This document shows positions 1 through 10,562 of a stretch of DNA of 64,000 nucleotides, one piece after another (position 1 is the stretch's first letter; each line of letters starts with the position of its first letter). Where the stretch lies: contig CAZPGN010000001.1 of assembly GCA_964586635.1 (NCBI GenBank), positions 72,932 through 136,931 of the forward strand. Reading direction: 5' to 3'. The notes beneath the pieces are model-generated. The model was not told where the DNA came from. It was given only the letters and a program-made list of their open reading frames with translations, and did no database searches. Position numbers and translations under genes: made by a program. The DNA is from an uncultured Candidatus Saccharibacteria bacterium. Lineage in GTDB: Bacteria > Patescibacteriota > Minisyncoccia > Phycocordibacterales > CAZPGN01.

Positions 1-431
1 TCGACGGCTATGCCCGTTACTTCACCATCTGCATGCGTAATGACCACATTTGCCGATTTGCGCCCAACACCCGGCAATCTGGTCAATTTTCCCATCGTGA
101 GCGGGACCTCGCCGCCATATTCGGAATTGAGTATCTTAGCCGTCTCGATGATGTGTCTTGCTTTCGTGCGATAAAAATTGACCTGTCGTATCTCTTCAGC
201 AAATAGCGACGGCTTGGTGCGTGCATAGTCATCGATAGTGCGATATTTTTTAAATAGCTTCTCTGTAACCTCATTAACTTTCTTGTCGGTCGTCTGGGCA
301 GAAAGCATGACGGCAAATAACAGTTCATGGTTATTAGAGTAATGGAGCGCGCTGTCCGGCACGGGAAAGAGTTTTTTTAGTCGCCTTAAAATCGCTCCAG
401 CTTTTTTCTTTTTCTCTTCCAAGTTAGCCAT
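1..431 (-). CDS. nth: Endonuclease III (runs off the window edge)
   Basis: Manual translation from the ATG at 431 gives ...ELLFAVMLSAQTTDKKVN...LPGVGRKSANVV...IAVD, the HhH-GPD motifs. Not in the ORF track because it is truncated. Confidence 0.93.
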   Translation of the reverse strand, partial: MANLEEKKKKAGAILRRLKKLFPVPDSALHYSNNHELLFAVMLSAQTTDKKVNEVTEKLFKKYRTIDDYARTKPSLFAEEIRQVNFYRTKARHIIETAKILNSEYGGEVPLTMGKLTRLPGVGRKSANVVITHADGEVTGIAV

Positions 432-514
432 ATTGAGAACGTGCGATACTGTTTATTATATCATGTTGAAGCCTTCTATAGTTCTGTTATGCTATATATA
501 CAGAGGCATATAAT

Positions 515-973
515 ATGGCACTCCACGATTCAATACAAGAAGAGGTACGGCGCGCGATGAAAGCGGGCGACAAAGTGCGTTTGTCCGTTGTGCGCGGCAT
601 CGTCAGCGCACTTACCAATGAATTGGTATCGAAAAGACGCAAACCGAACGAAACTCTTGCGGACGATGAGGTACTGGCAGTAATCTCTCGCCTCGCACGC
701 GAACGGAAAGATTCTATACAACAATTTCGTTCTGGCAACCGAGAAGACCTAGCCGCAGACGAGGAAGCCGAACTCGTCATATTAAGAGAGTACATCCCCG
801 CCGAGATGAACGAGAGCGAGATCCGCACTGCGGTTACCTCAAAAAAGGCCGAGCTTGGCATTACCGACAAAGCAAAACTTGGTATGCTCCTTGGCGCCAT
901 CATGAAGGATTTGAGAGGGAGAGCCGATGGGGCGCTAGTCAAAAAAATCGCAGAGGAATCGTTCGGACAATGA
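515..973 (+). CDS. GatB/YqeY domain protein
   Basis: AMKAGDKVRLSVVR...RKDSIQQF...REDLA..E..EL.IL..Y.P, GxxMGxxMKDLRGRADG pattern. Confidence 0.9.
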   Translation: MALHDSIQEEVRRAMKAGDKVRLSVVRGIVSALTNELVSKRRKPNETLADDEVLAVISRLARERKDSIQQFRSGNREDLAADEEAELVILREYIPAEMNESEIRTAVTSKKAELGITDKAKLGMLLGAIMKDLRGRADGALVKKIAEESFGQ

Positions 974-1170
974 TAGAGAAAATCAAAGGAAAATACACCG
1001 TCATGTCCGAACACACCGGACGCGTGTTCGGCCGTTATGCCACTCTCACTGAAGCGAAGAAACGATTGCGGCAGATAGAATTTTTTAAGCACCGAAAAAA
1101 ACGTCCCCTATGGGGAGCAAATGGAGCGCTCCATGGAGTCCGCCAAGATCGCCGAGGGTCGCCATCTTGA
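970..1170 (+). CDS. Small basic hypothetical protein
   Basis: ATGA overlap with the YqeY stop; protein-like N-terminus (KYTVMSEHTGRVFGRYAT..EAKKRLRQIEFFKH); 3' end overlaps the convergent ROK gene. Confidence 0.55.
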   Translation: MIEKIKGKYTVMSEHTGRVFGRYATLTEAKKRLRQIEFFKHRKKRPLWGANGALHGVRQDRRGSPS

Positions 1171-1942
1171 TGACAGGCAGTTCCGGGAAAATAGTCAATC
1201 TTCCACGAAGATACTCGGTAGTTTTATCTATCGGAATACCGTGTTCGCCAACAACCATTGAGCCGCCGAGCACGACCACATCTGGAGACCAATGTACGAT
1301 TGTGTTGGCAAGACCGATGGCGAGATGTTTCGCTTCATCGTCCCAGACATGTGGATCAGTAACTTCGGTCGCGCTCTTGCCGGTTCTGCGATACAGCGCT
1401 CGGCCGCCGAGGTATGATTCAAGCTCTCCTCCACCTCCGCACGATGGACAAAGGCCCCCGCTTGCATCAATGATCTGGTGTCCGATCTCAAATCCATAGC
1501 GATTACGATCTATCTTTCCGTCAACTATCCGCGCGCCGCCGACTCCCGTCCCAACCGATACATACGCAATAATACTAAATCCCTTTCCTGCGCCGACAAG
1601 TGCCTCTCCAAGAGCGCTCATGGCAACATCATTCTCAAGCAGAACAGAAGCTCCGAGTCGATGTTCCAATTCTTTTTTGAGCGGCATTCGGATCCAACCC
1701 GGAATGTTCGGCGCATTGACGAGCATCGTCTTTCCGGGATCAAACGGGCCTGCAACGCCACCTGCGGCAGACTGGATCGGTTCGCCTCCAGATAGTTTGT
1801 GAGCGGCATCGGCCAGTATTTCCATACCAACATTGAAATCATCCACAGGTGTGGGAAAAACAAATGGCTCCGAGAAAATCCCGTCATTGTGAACTCCCGC
1901 AATTCGCATTTTCGTGCCGCCGATATCAAAGATAATATGCAT
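1085..1942 (-). CDS. ROK family sugar kinase (glucokinase)
   Basis: DIGGTK, LENDV, VGTGVGG, EIGH and CPSCG Zn motif. Confidence 0.92.
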   Translation of the reverse strand: MHIIFDIGGTKMRIAGVHNDGIFSEPFVFPTPVDDFNVGMEILADAAHKLSGGEPIQSAAGGVAGPFDPGKTMLVNAPNIPGWIRMPLKKELEHRLGASVLLENDVAMSALGEALVGAGKGFSIIAYVSVGTGVGGARIVDGKIDRNRYGFEIGHQIIDASGGLCPSCGGGGELESYLGGRALYRRTGKSATEVTDPHVWDDEAKHLAIGLANTIVHWSPDVVVLGGSMVVGEHGIPIDKTTEYLRGRLTIFPELPVIKMATLGDLGGLHGALHLLPIGDVFFGA

Positions 1943-1947
1943 ATTCG

Positions 1948-2922
1948 TTACGCGATCATTTTCTTAAAGTCCTCAACCATAGGAACCTGCTCTGGCTCGA
2001 CACCGTACAAAAGGGCAGTCTCGAGAGCCGCCCAATCCGCGACGAGCAAGGACTTGAAGATGCGTTCATAGATCGTGTCCCCGATGATTGGCACGACTGT
2101 TACTGCGAGCTTCCGCGCTTCGTACAATTGTTTCGTGACCTCCATTCGCTTTTTTATTCGCGGATGATCTGTCGAATCGGCAAGAAGAATGAAATGGAAC
2201 TTCTCCGACAACGGCTCCGTACTCGCGGCGCGATCAAAGCCTGTCATTTCATTGTGATTCAGCTCGGGAAATACATTGTAAAAAGCTGGTATCTTTCCGG
2301 TCTCGTTGAATTTTATTTTCCAATTGTACGCAATTGCCTCATTGTCTACAGATGCGCAGATACATGGAATTTTTCCTTCCATTGCGCGAGCGATCGCTCT
2401 CCCCGTTTCTCGGGCAGATTTTTGGTCCAATGTTTCCGTAAGCGATTCAGTCCCCAGTAAAACATCGTCAAGATCGAGTAGTTTCGCCAGAGCCCGCAGA
2501 TTAAAACCGAGCGCCGACCGCGGCTGAATTCCAGTGTCAGGCAGAGCCACGAAGGGCAAATGCTTTTTCTTCGCAATATCAATAATGCGGCCGCCAACTG
2601 CTATCACGGCAGAGGGAAGCCGTGCCTCAAGCGCTTCTTCTAGCGCGTCTGTGACTTCCTCCGTGTTGCCCGAATATGAATTGGCGATACAAAACCGTCC
2701 CTCTGCGCGTGCGCGCGGACCAATGCCATACGAGCTACGAACGATCAAATCAAGATCCGGCCGCGCTTGCTTCAGAATATCCGCGGCAAGATGAGAACCG
2801 CCCATGCCGACAATTAAGAATCTGTTGACGCCATGCGGAAGAGTATCAATGTTCTCTATACATGGTTCCCAGGCGAACTGTTTTTGGAAATTCTCTAAAG
2901 CAGACTCCATGCCGCCTTTCAT
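1948..2922 (-). CDS. Bifunctional phosphoglucose/phosphomannose isomerase (SIS)
   Basis: GMGGS, SYSGNTEE, QPRSA, FNETGK, PELNHNE motifs. Confidence 0.92.
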   Translation of the reverse strand: MKGGMESALENFQKQFAWEPCIENIDTLPHGVNRFLIVGMGGSHLAADILKQARPDLDLIVRSSYGIGPRARAEGRFCIANSYSGNTEEVTDALEEALEARLPSAVIAVGGRIIDIAKKKHLPFVALPDTGIQPRSALGFNLRALAKLLDLDDVLLGTESLTETLDQKSARETGRAIARAMEGKIPCICASVDNEAIAYNWKIKFNETGKIPAFYNVFPELNHNEMTGFDRAASTEPLSEKFHFILLADSTDHPRIKKRMEVTKQLYEARKLAVTVVPIIGDTIYERIFKSLLVADWAALETALLYGVEPEQVPMVEDFKKMIA

Positions 2923-3028
2923 AGTACATACAGTATACCTCTTCCGAAAACAAAAACCACCCGACTGTATGATCTAATGTACTTTTGCACTCCGCTAGTA
3001 ATTGTTCGTAGTGCAGCAGATATATAAA

Positions 3029-3050
3029 ATGAAGGCTCCTGACCCCTTCA
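3029..3050 (+). repeat. REP-like palindrome copy
   Basis: ATGAAGGCTCCTGACCCCTTCA, identical to the copies at 34870, 42451, 60584 and 60767; overlaps the gnd stop codon. Confidence 0.85.
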
Positions 3051-3944
3051 CCCCTGGATACTGTGCCCTCCGAACATATTCCGCAAGGCCGAAATCACCC
3101 TACCAGTGAAGCTGGGTCTCTCCGCAGATCGAAGGCGGAAATTGAAAGATTCTTCGATAACGGGAACAGGGACGCCAAGCTCCCTCGCTGTCTCAACTGT
3201 CCACTGACCCTCTCCAGTGTGAGCGACGGAGCCGGAAACACCCTCAAGTTCAACTCCGAATGATCGAAATGCGTCACCAAGCCAGCCAATGAGGCGGGAT
3301 TCAACTATGCTCCCGTGGTTGTAGACGCTCGCAACAGTGTTGAGGTCTACGCTGAAGGGTGCCCTCTTCAGAACTTCCATTCCCTCGGCAATCGCTTGCA
3401 TCATCCCATATTCGATACCGTTGTGAACCATCTTCACGAAATGCCCCGCACCCGATGGCCCCATATACCCATATCCATTTGGAAGCGCGAGGTCACGGAA
3501 CAAGTTCTCATGTCGCTCGAATACCTCGTGTGCGCCTCCAATCATCATGCATGCTCCATTCCTCGCCGCCAACACGCCGCCAGAGACACCGATATCAAGA
3601 TACTCCACCCCCTTGTCCGCCGCGTCTTTCGCGCGACGCATAGAATCCTTGAAGAAGGAGTTACCGCCGTCGATGACCATATCGCCGCCCTGAAGGAGGG
3701 GTAAGAGTTCAGAAAAAACACTACCAACGGCGGCATTTGGCACCATAACCCACACAAGACGAGGAGCGGCCAAGGAAGCGACGAGGTCGACGATATTAGC
3801 CGTGCCTTTTATGCCGACTACATTCGCAACAGCTTTCACCGATTCCGTATTCTTGTCTGTTGCCACAACTTCGTATCCCTTTTCCTGCAAACGAAGCACC
3901 ATGTTGTGTCCCATTTTCCCTAGTCCGATATAGCCGATCTGCAT
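3048..3944 (-). CDS. gnd: 6-phosphogluconate dehydrogenase (decarboxylating, short form)
   Basis: IGLGKMG, IDGGNS, VSGG, GAGHFVKMVHNGIEYG, LRNMFGGH. Confidence 0.95.
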   Translation of the reverse strand: MQIGYIGLGKMGHNMVLRLQEKGYEVVATDKNTESVKAVANVVGIKGTANIVDLVASLAAPRLVWVMVPNAAVGSVFSELLPLLQGGDMVIDGGNSFFKDSMRRAKDAADKGVEYLDIGVSGGVLAARNGACMMIGGAHEVFERHENLFRDLALPNGYGYMGPSGAGHFVKMVHNGIEYGMMQAIAEGMEVLKRAPFSVDLNTVASVYNHGSIVESRLIGWLGDAFRSFGVELEGVSGSVAHTGEGQWTVETARELGVPVPVIEESFNFRLRSAERPSFTGRVISALRNMFGGHSIQG

Positions 3945-4003
3945 TGTGTTCTCCTTTCAATTATCTAATAACCTCGTCAATTCAATCATGCGTCCAAAAA
4001 AAA

Positions 4004-5446
4004 TCAAGCCGCATGGTTTTGGCACGACAACCCTTGACTGCCGACTCGATAGGACTCGAGGGGGTGCGACCGCCACGCATCCAGTATGGGTGTTATGAAT
4101 TCCCATTCGGCAAGTATTTCCTCGGTGCTGGCGAAAAGTGTTTGGTCTCCTCTTATGCAGTCATAGAGCACTCGTTCATATGCATCCGGCGGCTCCGAGA
4201 ACTTTCCTCCGTGAACATTATACGAAAACGAGAGCGTCTTCGGCTCCAACTCAAGGTCAAAGCCGGGAACCTTTGCCCAAAATCGCACGCTAATGCCTTC
4301 GTCTGGTTGGATACGGAAAGCAAGCACATTACGATGATGATGTTCTGCGCCCATTGTGTTCGGACACAAACACGATTGCGTTTCTTTGAAGTGTATCGAT
4401 ATTTCTACCTTGTCTTCCGCAAGTTTTTTTCCTGAATGGAGGTAGAATGGCACGCCTTTCCATCGCGGGGAATCAATGTGCGCCATCAAACAGAAATATG
4501 TCTCGGTTTGCGAATCGGCCGCAACATTCGCCTCGGTGCGATAACCTTCGTACTGCCCGCGGCGCATATGCATCGCGCCGCCATTGCCGCTTACTCGCCG
4601 CAGCTTCTTAAATACTGCGGCGCGCGCGAACCGGATGGCATCTGCTGTAACAGCTCCAGGGTGTTCCATCGCGACAAGCGCAAGCATCTGAAGCAAGTGG
4701 TTCTGCCCTATATCGCGGAGCGCGCCCACGCCGTCATAAAGCGCACCGCGCGCGCCAACCCCTCCAGCTTCATGGAGTGATATCTCCACGCGCTCGATAT
4801 GGTCATTATTCCACATCGGCTCAAAAAGCGAGTTCGAGAATCTGAACATGAGGACATTCTGAAGCGCTTCCTTGGCAAGATAGTGGTCAATGCGAAAGAT
4901 CTGCTCTTCGCGAAATAGCGCACCGAGCTTCGCATCAAGCGAACGCGCAGTTTCCAAATCCTTCCCGAATGGTTTTTCAACCAGCACGCGCGTCCAGACA
5001 CCCTCCCCGCCACACAAATTCGAAATGCTCGACGATGCGATATTCTCGAAAATCTTCGAGTAGTGTTCGGGTGGAACCGCGAGATAGATAAGCTTGTTCG
5101 CACACAGTCCGAGATTGGAATCAAGAGCACTCAAATGCTCCTTTAACAGTGTATAATCAGAAACTTTGTCGAAAAGACCTGACTGATATGAAACCCTCTG
5201 CAGGAATTCATCGATGAGCGCGTCCGGGTGAACCCGCGTATTCTTCTCGATCGCTGTGCGTAAAAAATCTCTGAACGCGTCGTCGGTGAAGGATCTGCGT
5301 GCAAATCCCACGACGCGAAAAACATCGGGTAAATATCCTTTGGCGAAGAGATCGAGCAGTGCAGGGATTAACTTCTTTTGCGAGAGGTCTCCCGTCGCGC
5401 CGAGAATAATTATTGTAGTTGGTATATTGAAAGATGGATGGGCCAT
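4004..5446 (-). CDS. zwf: Glucose-6-phosphate 1-dehydrogenase
   Basis: GATGDL, VEKPFG, RIDHYLAKE, RDIGQNH. Confidence 0.96.
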   Translation of the reverse strand: MAHPSFNIPTTIIILGATGDLSQKKLIPALLDLFAKGYLPDVFRVVGFARRSFTDDAFRDFLRTAIEKNTRVHPDALIDEFLQRVSYQSGLFDKVSDYTLLKEHLSALDSNLGLCANKLIYLAVPPEHYSKIFENIASSSISNLCGGEGVWTRVLVEKPFGKDLETARSLDAKLGALFREEQIFRIDHYLAKEALQNVLMFRFSNSLFEPMWNNDHIERVEISLHEAGGVGARGALYDGVGALRDIGQNHLLQMLALVAMEHPGAVTADAIRFARAAVFKKLRRVSGNGGAMHMRRGQYEGYRTEANVAADSQTETYFCLMAHIDSPRWKGVPFYLHSGKKLAEDKVEISIHFKETQSCLCPNTMGAEHHHRNVLAFRIQPDEGISVRFWAKVPGFDLELEPKTLSFSYNVHGGKFSEPPDAYERVLYDCIRGDQTLFASTEEILAEWEFITPILDAWRSHPLESYRVGSQGLSCQNHAA

Positions 5447-5456
5447 GCCGCCAATT

Positions 5457-7463
5457 CTATCGACGCCGAACAGGATTGCAATCGTCGCAAATACCTATCT
5501 CTCGAATCCGATCGAGATACCCGAGCACTGTCAATACAAACTCGGCATGACTCCATGCGAGAGGGGTCGCAGACGCAGGAGACCCGTCGCCCGCATGGAC
5601 CTGCTCCGGAAAAACCCCAGACGGAAGAGCCCTATCGCAGACCCATGAGAGCAATTCCCGCACCTTTTTGAAATCGCGTTCCTTCGATGCAATGCGCGCA
5701 TAATATTGGGCAAGCCAGAGAGAAGTAATGATCCATGGATTACCTGGGACACTCCCACTGCGGCAAGCATCATCCACGCAGTAATACCGGTCGCCCGCGT
5801 ACCGCGCAATGCCCCCAACACCGCGAACACTTAGACTTCCTTCAGCATTTTGCATTGCCCGCCTCACGCGCGGGTCCTCCGGTGGCAAAACTTCAAATCG
5901 CACAATGCTTGCAATACTGCTTAGGTCAAGCGTCTGGTCTGGAATCAGGTTCCCTGCCTTATTCCACTTAACCATCTTGTAGAAATTACCTGTTTTTTCG
6001 TCATAAAGATACCGCAATAACGCTCGCCGCATCTCTTCTGCAGTATGCAGATAATTCTGTTTGCTCAATTCCTTCCCAAGCAGTGCGGCAAACTTCGCCG
6101 CGGCTATAAGCGCCCCGTAGACACAAGCGGCGGTGTAAGTATGAATGCCGAACTTCTCTTCCCAGAGGTCATAGCTTTGCTTTGGGAGACCGGTGTAGGG
6201 GTCACGATAACCCATTAGAAAATTGGCTATTTTCTTAATGAACGGATTATAGAGCCGTTCGACAAACTCGAGATCTTTTGTCAGCTCATAGTGCTTCCAC
6301 AGCGCCACAAGCACGATCGCAGTCTCATCTTCTTGTATCGGGAGAGACACCTTGCCATCCTGAAGCCACGGGTGCCATGAACTACCGAGCGATTTATCCG
6401 GACGATATTTATGCATAAAGTAACCGCCATCGGTCAAAGTTTCGGCCGCAAATTCGAAGTAGCGTCGCGCGACCGTGTTATCGCCTGCGGCATCAAGCGC
6501 CATCGCTGATATCGCCGCGTCCCGTGGCCACACATATGCATATGTGTCCTTCCCCCCTCCTTGGAACATGCTTGAGTCAGTCGATGCGATAATTCCACCA
6601 CCGTTATCGGCGTGCGCGCGAACAATGAGCATTGATTTTTTGAAAAGCGTATATACGCGATCTTCGAGCCCGTAGAGGCGGAATGGGTATCGATTAACCC
6701 ACGCTCGCCAAAAGTTGCCCGTGGTTTCCCGAAGATGTTCGGGTGTTTTTTCGAGCACATACGCATCCAATGCGCAGACATCTCTGGTGGATTTGGCTGC
6801 GATAATCCAATAATGCGCGTGCGCAGTCTTCTTCGCGGCAATGTTGAGGTGCACCGCTATTACAGAATCGGTCGGGCCATGTTCAACTAAATTGCGCGAG
6901 AGTATCCCATCCTCCGCGTCCCGAAAACTTCCTTCTTTCCCTTCTATGCCAAATACACCAGTTGTAAAATCATTGAAGCAGGCAACATCGGAAATTGCAT
7001 TCACCAGGAAAACTCGTTTGCCATTGTAATGGATGATCGCATGCACAAGCGGATCATAGTAAACTGTGTCGCCGCGATGTGATTCATATATCTCGAATTC
7101 TTGCCCAAAAAACAAGCGAACATGCCTATCCCGTCCGCTATGGTCAACGACTTCTACTGAACGCAGAAAAATATTCTCTTCATTGTAAACCGTGTCGCGG
7201 AATAGAAGAGATAGGCCGAATCCCGAATGAAATGCGCTAATGAGGCTTGCTAGAGCGTCAGGGGCGCTCTCGACGGAGATCTCCCATGACCCATCACCCA
7301 TCCACGAAAAGTTGCCTTCAACCCAAACCCCGACACGGTGAGGCAAATGACCTCCAACATGATTTTCGAGACCGACGAACGGAAAATAGAAATCTCGAAC
7401 GAGTCCTCGCGAATCGAGACCGACTGCAATATGACCATTTCCGAGAACAATGGAGCGCGGCAT
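5457..7463 (-). CDS. Glycoside hydrolase family 15 (glucoamylase-like)
   Basis: YAYVWPRD, QEDET, DLWEE, FPEQV, PLAWSHA. Confidence 0.92.
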   Translation of the reverse strand: MPRSIVLGNGHIAVGLDSRGLVRDFYFPFVGLENHVGGHLPHRVGVWVEGNFSWMGDGSWEISVESAPDALASLISAFHSGFGLSLLFRDTVYNEENIFLRSVEVVDHSGRDRHVRLFFGQEFEIYESHRGDTVYYDPLVHAIIHYNGKRVFLVNAISDVACFNDFTTGVFGIEGKEGSFRDAEDGILSRNLVEHGPTDSVIAVHLNIAAKKTAHAHYWIIAAKSTRDVCALDAYVLEKTPEHLRETTGNFWRAWVNRYPFRLYGLEDRVYTLFKKSMLIVRAHADNGGGIIASTDSSMFQGGGKDTYAYVWPRDAAISAMALDAAGDNTVARRYFEFAAETLTDGGYFMHKYRPDKSLGSSWHPWLQDGKVSLPIQEDETAIVLVALWKHYELTKDLEFVERLYNPFIKKIANFLMGYRDPYTGLPKQSYDLWEEKFGIHTYTAACVYGALIAAAKFAALLGKELSKQNYLHTAEEMRRALLRYLYDEKTGNFYKMVKWNKAGNLIPDQTLDLSSIASIVRFEVLPPEDPRVRRAMQNAEGSLSVRGVGGIARYAGDRYYCVDDACRSGSVPGNPWIITSLWLAQYYARIASKERDFKKVRELLSWVCDRALPSGVFPEQVHAGDGSPASATPLAWSHAEFVLTVLGYLDRIREIGICDDCNPVRRR

Positions 7464-7493
7464 GGGATCGGCGCGGCGGTTGCGCCACTTTCG

Positions 7494-7889
7494 TTATGCG
7501 TAAGTTAGTAGTTCATCGATTATCGATACGGCATCTTCCCGGTGCATAGCGCCTGCAAGAGCAAAAGCGCCGCCGAGATCATCTAATACATCGCGCACCC
7601 AATTCGCAAAATCATTGCGACCGCTTGTATGATGCAGATACTGTTCGTCACTCATTCTCTGCATGGCATCACGCAAATCGATAAGCGTACACACCACCGG
7701 GCCGTTGTTCACCCAAAAGCAATGCACTCCGTGAGCGACTGTCCTCGCGGCATTCGGACCCGCACTTAACATCGCAGACACAGTCTCATTCTCTTTCTTT
7801 TTTTGGCGCGGTTTTGGCGGGGTGCGCAATTTTGCCGCCTTCTTCTTGACGGCAGTTTTTGTTGACGCAGACAATGTTTTTCGAACCAT
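7494..7889 (-). CDS. Hypothetical protein (DUF5752-like domain, basic N-tail)
   Basis: FWVNNG...L.DL...M.DE.Y.HH...RNDFANWVRDVL motif; lies inside the glucan cluster. Confidence 0.7.
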   Translation of the reverse strand: MVRKTLSASTKTAVKKKAAKLRTPPKPRQKKKENETVSAMLSAGPNAARTVAHGVHCFWVNNGPVVCTLIDLRDAMQRMSDEQYLHHTSGRNDFANWVRDVLDDLGGAFALAGAMHREDAVSIIDELLTYA

Positions 7890-7925
7890 AAGTATCTCGA
7901 ACTTGATTAACTACTAATCTGACTT

Positions 7926-9176
7926 TTAGTATACCACGACAGGCGCGCTCTTGGGCACTGACATATCCCGATATTTCCCCAAGCGAATGCGCATATCATG
8001 CAGAACATTCATATATGCGATGTATGCCTCGTAGGGCGAGTCGTAGGGGTTAAAGTATTTGTGCACATCTCCATCATTCCACCACTTGGTGCACATGTAG
8101 TAGAAGTGGTCTGATGTTTGCAAGCGACGCCAGTCCGAAAGCAACCCGGCATCGCGCGATGCTCTGATGGGCGCCTCGAGTTCATACACCTGCTTCAACG
8201 CATCCTGTTGAAGTTCATTTGAACGCCATGCAGACAAGTCCCGTTCGATATCGGCCCATGATATATACTGCGGAACATCGAGCTCAGCCTCGGCCTGAAT
8301 CGTGCGCGCCACTTCCGTGGGAGTAGCGAACGAAAGACGCGGATTTCGACGCAATACTTCCGGAAGCGCGCGCATGAACTCGAAAATGCCAGTGTCTGCC
8401 CACTGATGTTCGCCAAATGTCTCGTAGTCCATAAACAGATTGATGGTCTTTGCGCCACTCGAAGCAGCCGCTCCTATCCACTCTCCGTAGCGCTCCGCTC
8501 GAAGCGGGTATTCCGACCAGTCGCGGGACGAAAATCTAAACGCAATGTCGTCAGAGAGACGATAATTCTTCAAGAGCAATGCTATCGTCTTTGCGCCGCG
8601 AGGGCGGTAAACAAAATTGGGGCTACGCCAGCCGAGGATGTGGTCAGCCCCTTCCGCAAGTATGGCGGAATACCCAAGCGATTCAGCCACATGTGCAAGT
8701 TCATTGTTGTATATCAGCTCCGTATTTCTAAATGCAGTGGGAATCACGCCAAATAATCGCCTAACCGCCTCGCGGTGCAATCGAACTTGCTCGATGAACT
8801 CTTCCCTAGAATATAGAAACGAGAGGGAATGATGATATGTCTCATCGAGTATCTCCACGCGGCCAGTACGAACTAATGCTCGAAACGACTCGAGCACTTC
8901 TTTTGAGAGTTCTTCGACTTGCTCAAGAAATACTCCCGAGAACGAAAAGCTTATCTTGAATTCCGGGTGTCGCTCGAGAAGTTCGAGGAGTACTCTGTTC
9001 GCGGGAAGGTAGCATTTCTCGGCCACCTTTTTCAAAATGCGTACATTGTTTAGATTCGTCTCCGAATCGTCGTCAAAATATGAACCGCCGCCGCCAATAT
9101 CAAACACTCGAAATCTACGGATGCGATATGGCTGGTGCACTTCGAAGTAAAAACAGATTGATGTGCTCGGCTTCAT
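7926..9176 (-). CDS. Glycoside hydrolase family 57 (alpha-amylase-like)
   Basis: EVHQP, ETYHHS, FRNTEL, LFMDYETFGEHQW, QTSDHFYYM; start re-called to MKPSTS. Confidence 0.93.
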   Translation of the reverse strand: MKPSTSICFYFEVHQPYRIRRFRVFDIGGGGSYFDDDSETNLNNVRILKKVAEKCYLPANRVLLELLERHPEFKISFSFSGVFLEQVEELSKEVLESFRALVRTGRVEILDETYHHSLSFLYSREEFIEQVRLHREAVRRLFGVIPTAFRNTELIYNNELAHVAESLGYSAILAEGADHILGWRSPNFVYRPRGAKTIALLLKNYRLSDDIAFRFSSRDWSEYPLRAERYGEWIGAAASSGAKTINLFMDYETFGEHQWADTGIFEFMRALPEVLRRNPRLSFATPTEVARTIQAEAELDVPQYISWADIERDLSAWRSNELQQDALKQVYELEAPIRASRDAGLLSDWRRLQTSDHFYYMCTKWWNDGDVHKYFNPYDSPYEAYIAYMNVLHDMRIRLGKYRDMSVPKSAPVVVY

Positions 9177-9178
9177 TG

Positions 9179-10450
9179 TCAGATACTTATTTCTCGGATG
9201 TAATCGAGAATCGACCGATATACGGAATATACTTTCTCGGCCGCCCTCTCCCATGTATTTTTGCGAGCTTCGTTTTTGCCGCGAACTCGAAGTGTCGCGG
9301 TAAGCGCCGGGCTTCGCAGTACCCCGATGATTTTGTTGACCATTTCATCCGTATCCCAGAAATCAACCTTGAGCGCGTGACGAACCGCCTCCGAGACTCC
9401 AGATTGCTTTGAAATGAGAACCGGTGTGCCCTCCGCCATTGCTTCAAGCGGCGCAATGCCAAATGGTTCGGACACGCTCGGCATGATATAGAGGTCTGCG
9501 GCGCGATAGAGAGCTGTCCTCTCATTCCCACGCACGAAACCGGCAAAGATTACCCTATCCGATATACCCGCGCGAGCGGCCTGCAGGATCATTTGCCGCT
9601 CCATATCCCCAGAACCTGCGAGGATAAAATATACATTCGGCTCGATCGCGAGTACGCCCTGCGCCGCCTTGAGAAAATAATCCGGGCCTTTTTGGAGCGT
9701 TATGCGTCCGAGAAAGAGCACTAGTTTTGCGCCGCTTCGCTTTAGAGCAGAGAGATCGAGCGGCAATGGCTCGGATTTGGCGCTCGTCTCTACTGCGTCA
9801 AGACGCGCTGACCGGCGCTTTTGACGCGGTGGTGGTTTGCTCTCTTCGACGGTTACACCATTGTGCACCACTGCTATTTTTTCAGGCGGTATGCCGTATC
9901 GGCGCACGATCGTGTCTTTCGTATAATTACTGACAGCAATGATGCGATCAGCGCGCTCCATGCCTTCGCGTTCTATATCGTATACGGTTTGGTTCACGCC
10001 CGCGCCGCCAGTGCGGTCGAATTCAGTTGCGTGCACATGAACGACAAGCGGCTTTCCCGTTGCCTCCCTCGCCGCCATACCCGCTCCGAACGATAACCAG
10101 TCGTGCGCATGTATAATGTCGAAATGAAGCTCGCTGGCCATCTGTCCAGCCCACAGCGCATATCGGCGCACTTCCTCGAGCAAGCCAAATGCCGCACGCT
10201 CGCCATCGGGGCTTGCGTATGCCGAAGCATCAGGCCATTTCAGTCCACCCAAAGAAGCGGCATCCTCGGCAAAAACTATTTTTGCATTGGGAGAGGACGG
10301 TGCCAATGACACGCGCCGAGGAAGAACGAATGTGAAGAAAACATCCTGGTCGCGAAATCCGCGCAGAAGACCTTCGCATGCGGTACCCAAACCGCCGCTA
10401 TTGTGGGGCGGCAGTTCCCAGCCAAACATAAGTACATGCATTTTCGCCAT
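9179..10450 (-). CDS. Glycosyltransferase family 4 (glycogen synthase-like)
   Basis: MFGWELPPHNSGGLG, HAHDW, HATEFDR, QKGP, EPFGIAPLEA. Confidence 0.92.
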   Translation of the reverse strand: MAKMHVLMFGWELPPHNSGGLGTACEGLLRGFRDQDVFFTFVLPRRVSLAPSSPNAKIVFAEDAASLGGLKWPDASAYASPDGERAAFGLLEEVRRYALWAGQMASELHFDIIHAHDWLSFGAGMAAREATGKPLVVHVHATEFDRTGGAGVNQTVYDIEREGMERADRIIAVSNYTKDTIVRRYGIPPEKIAVVHNGVTVEESKPPPRQKRRSARLDAVETSAKSEPLPLDLSALKRSGAKLVLFLGRITLQKGPDYFLKAAQGVLAIEPNVYFILAGSGDMERQMILQAARAGISDRVIFAGFVRGNERTALYRAADLYIMPSVSEPFGIAPLEAMAEGTPVLISKQSGVSEAVRHALKVDFWDTDEMVNKIIGVLRSPALTATLRVRGKNEARKNTWERAAEKVYSVYRSILDYIREISI

Positions 10451-10562
10451 AACACAGCACAACAACCTCGGCGATCACACGACACGCGAGACTAGCATAC
10501 AGAGTAACAAATTTGGATGCTTAACGCTGTTCAGGCTGTGGATAGCCCAGCTTGCATTTGTA

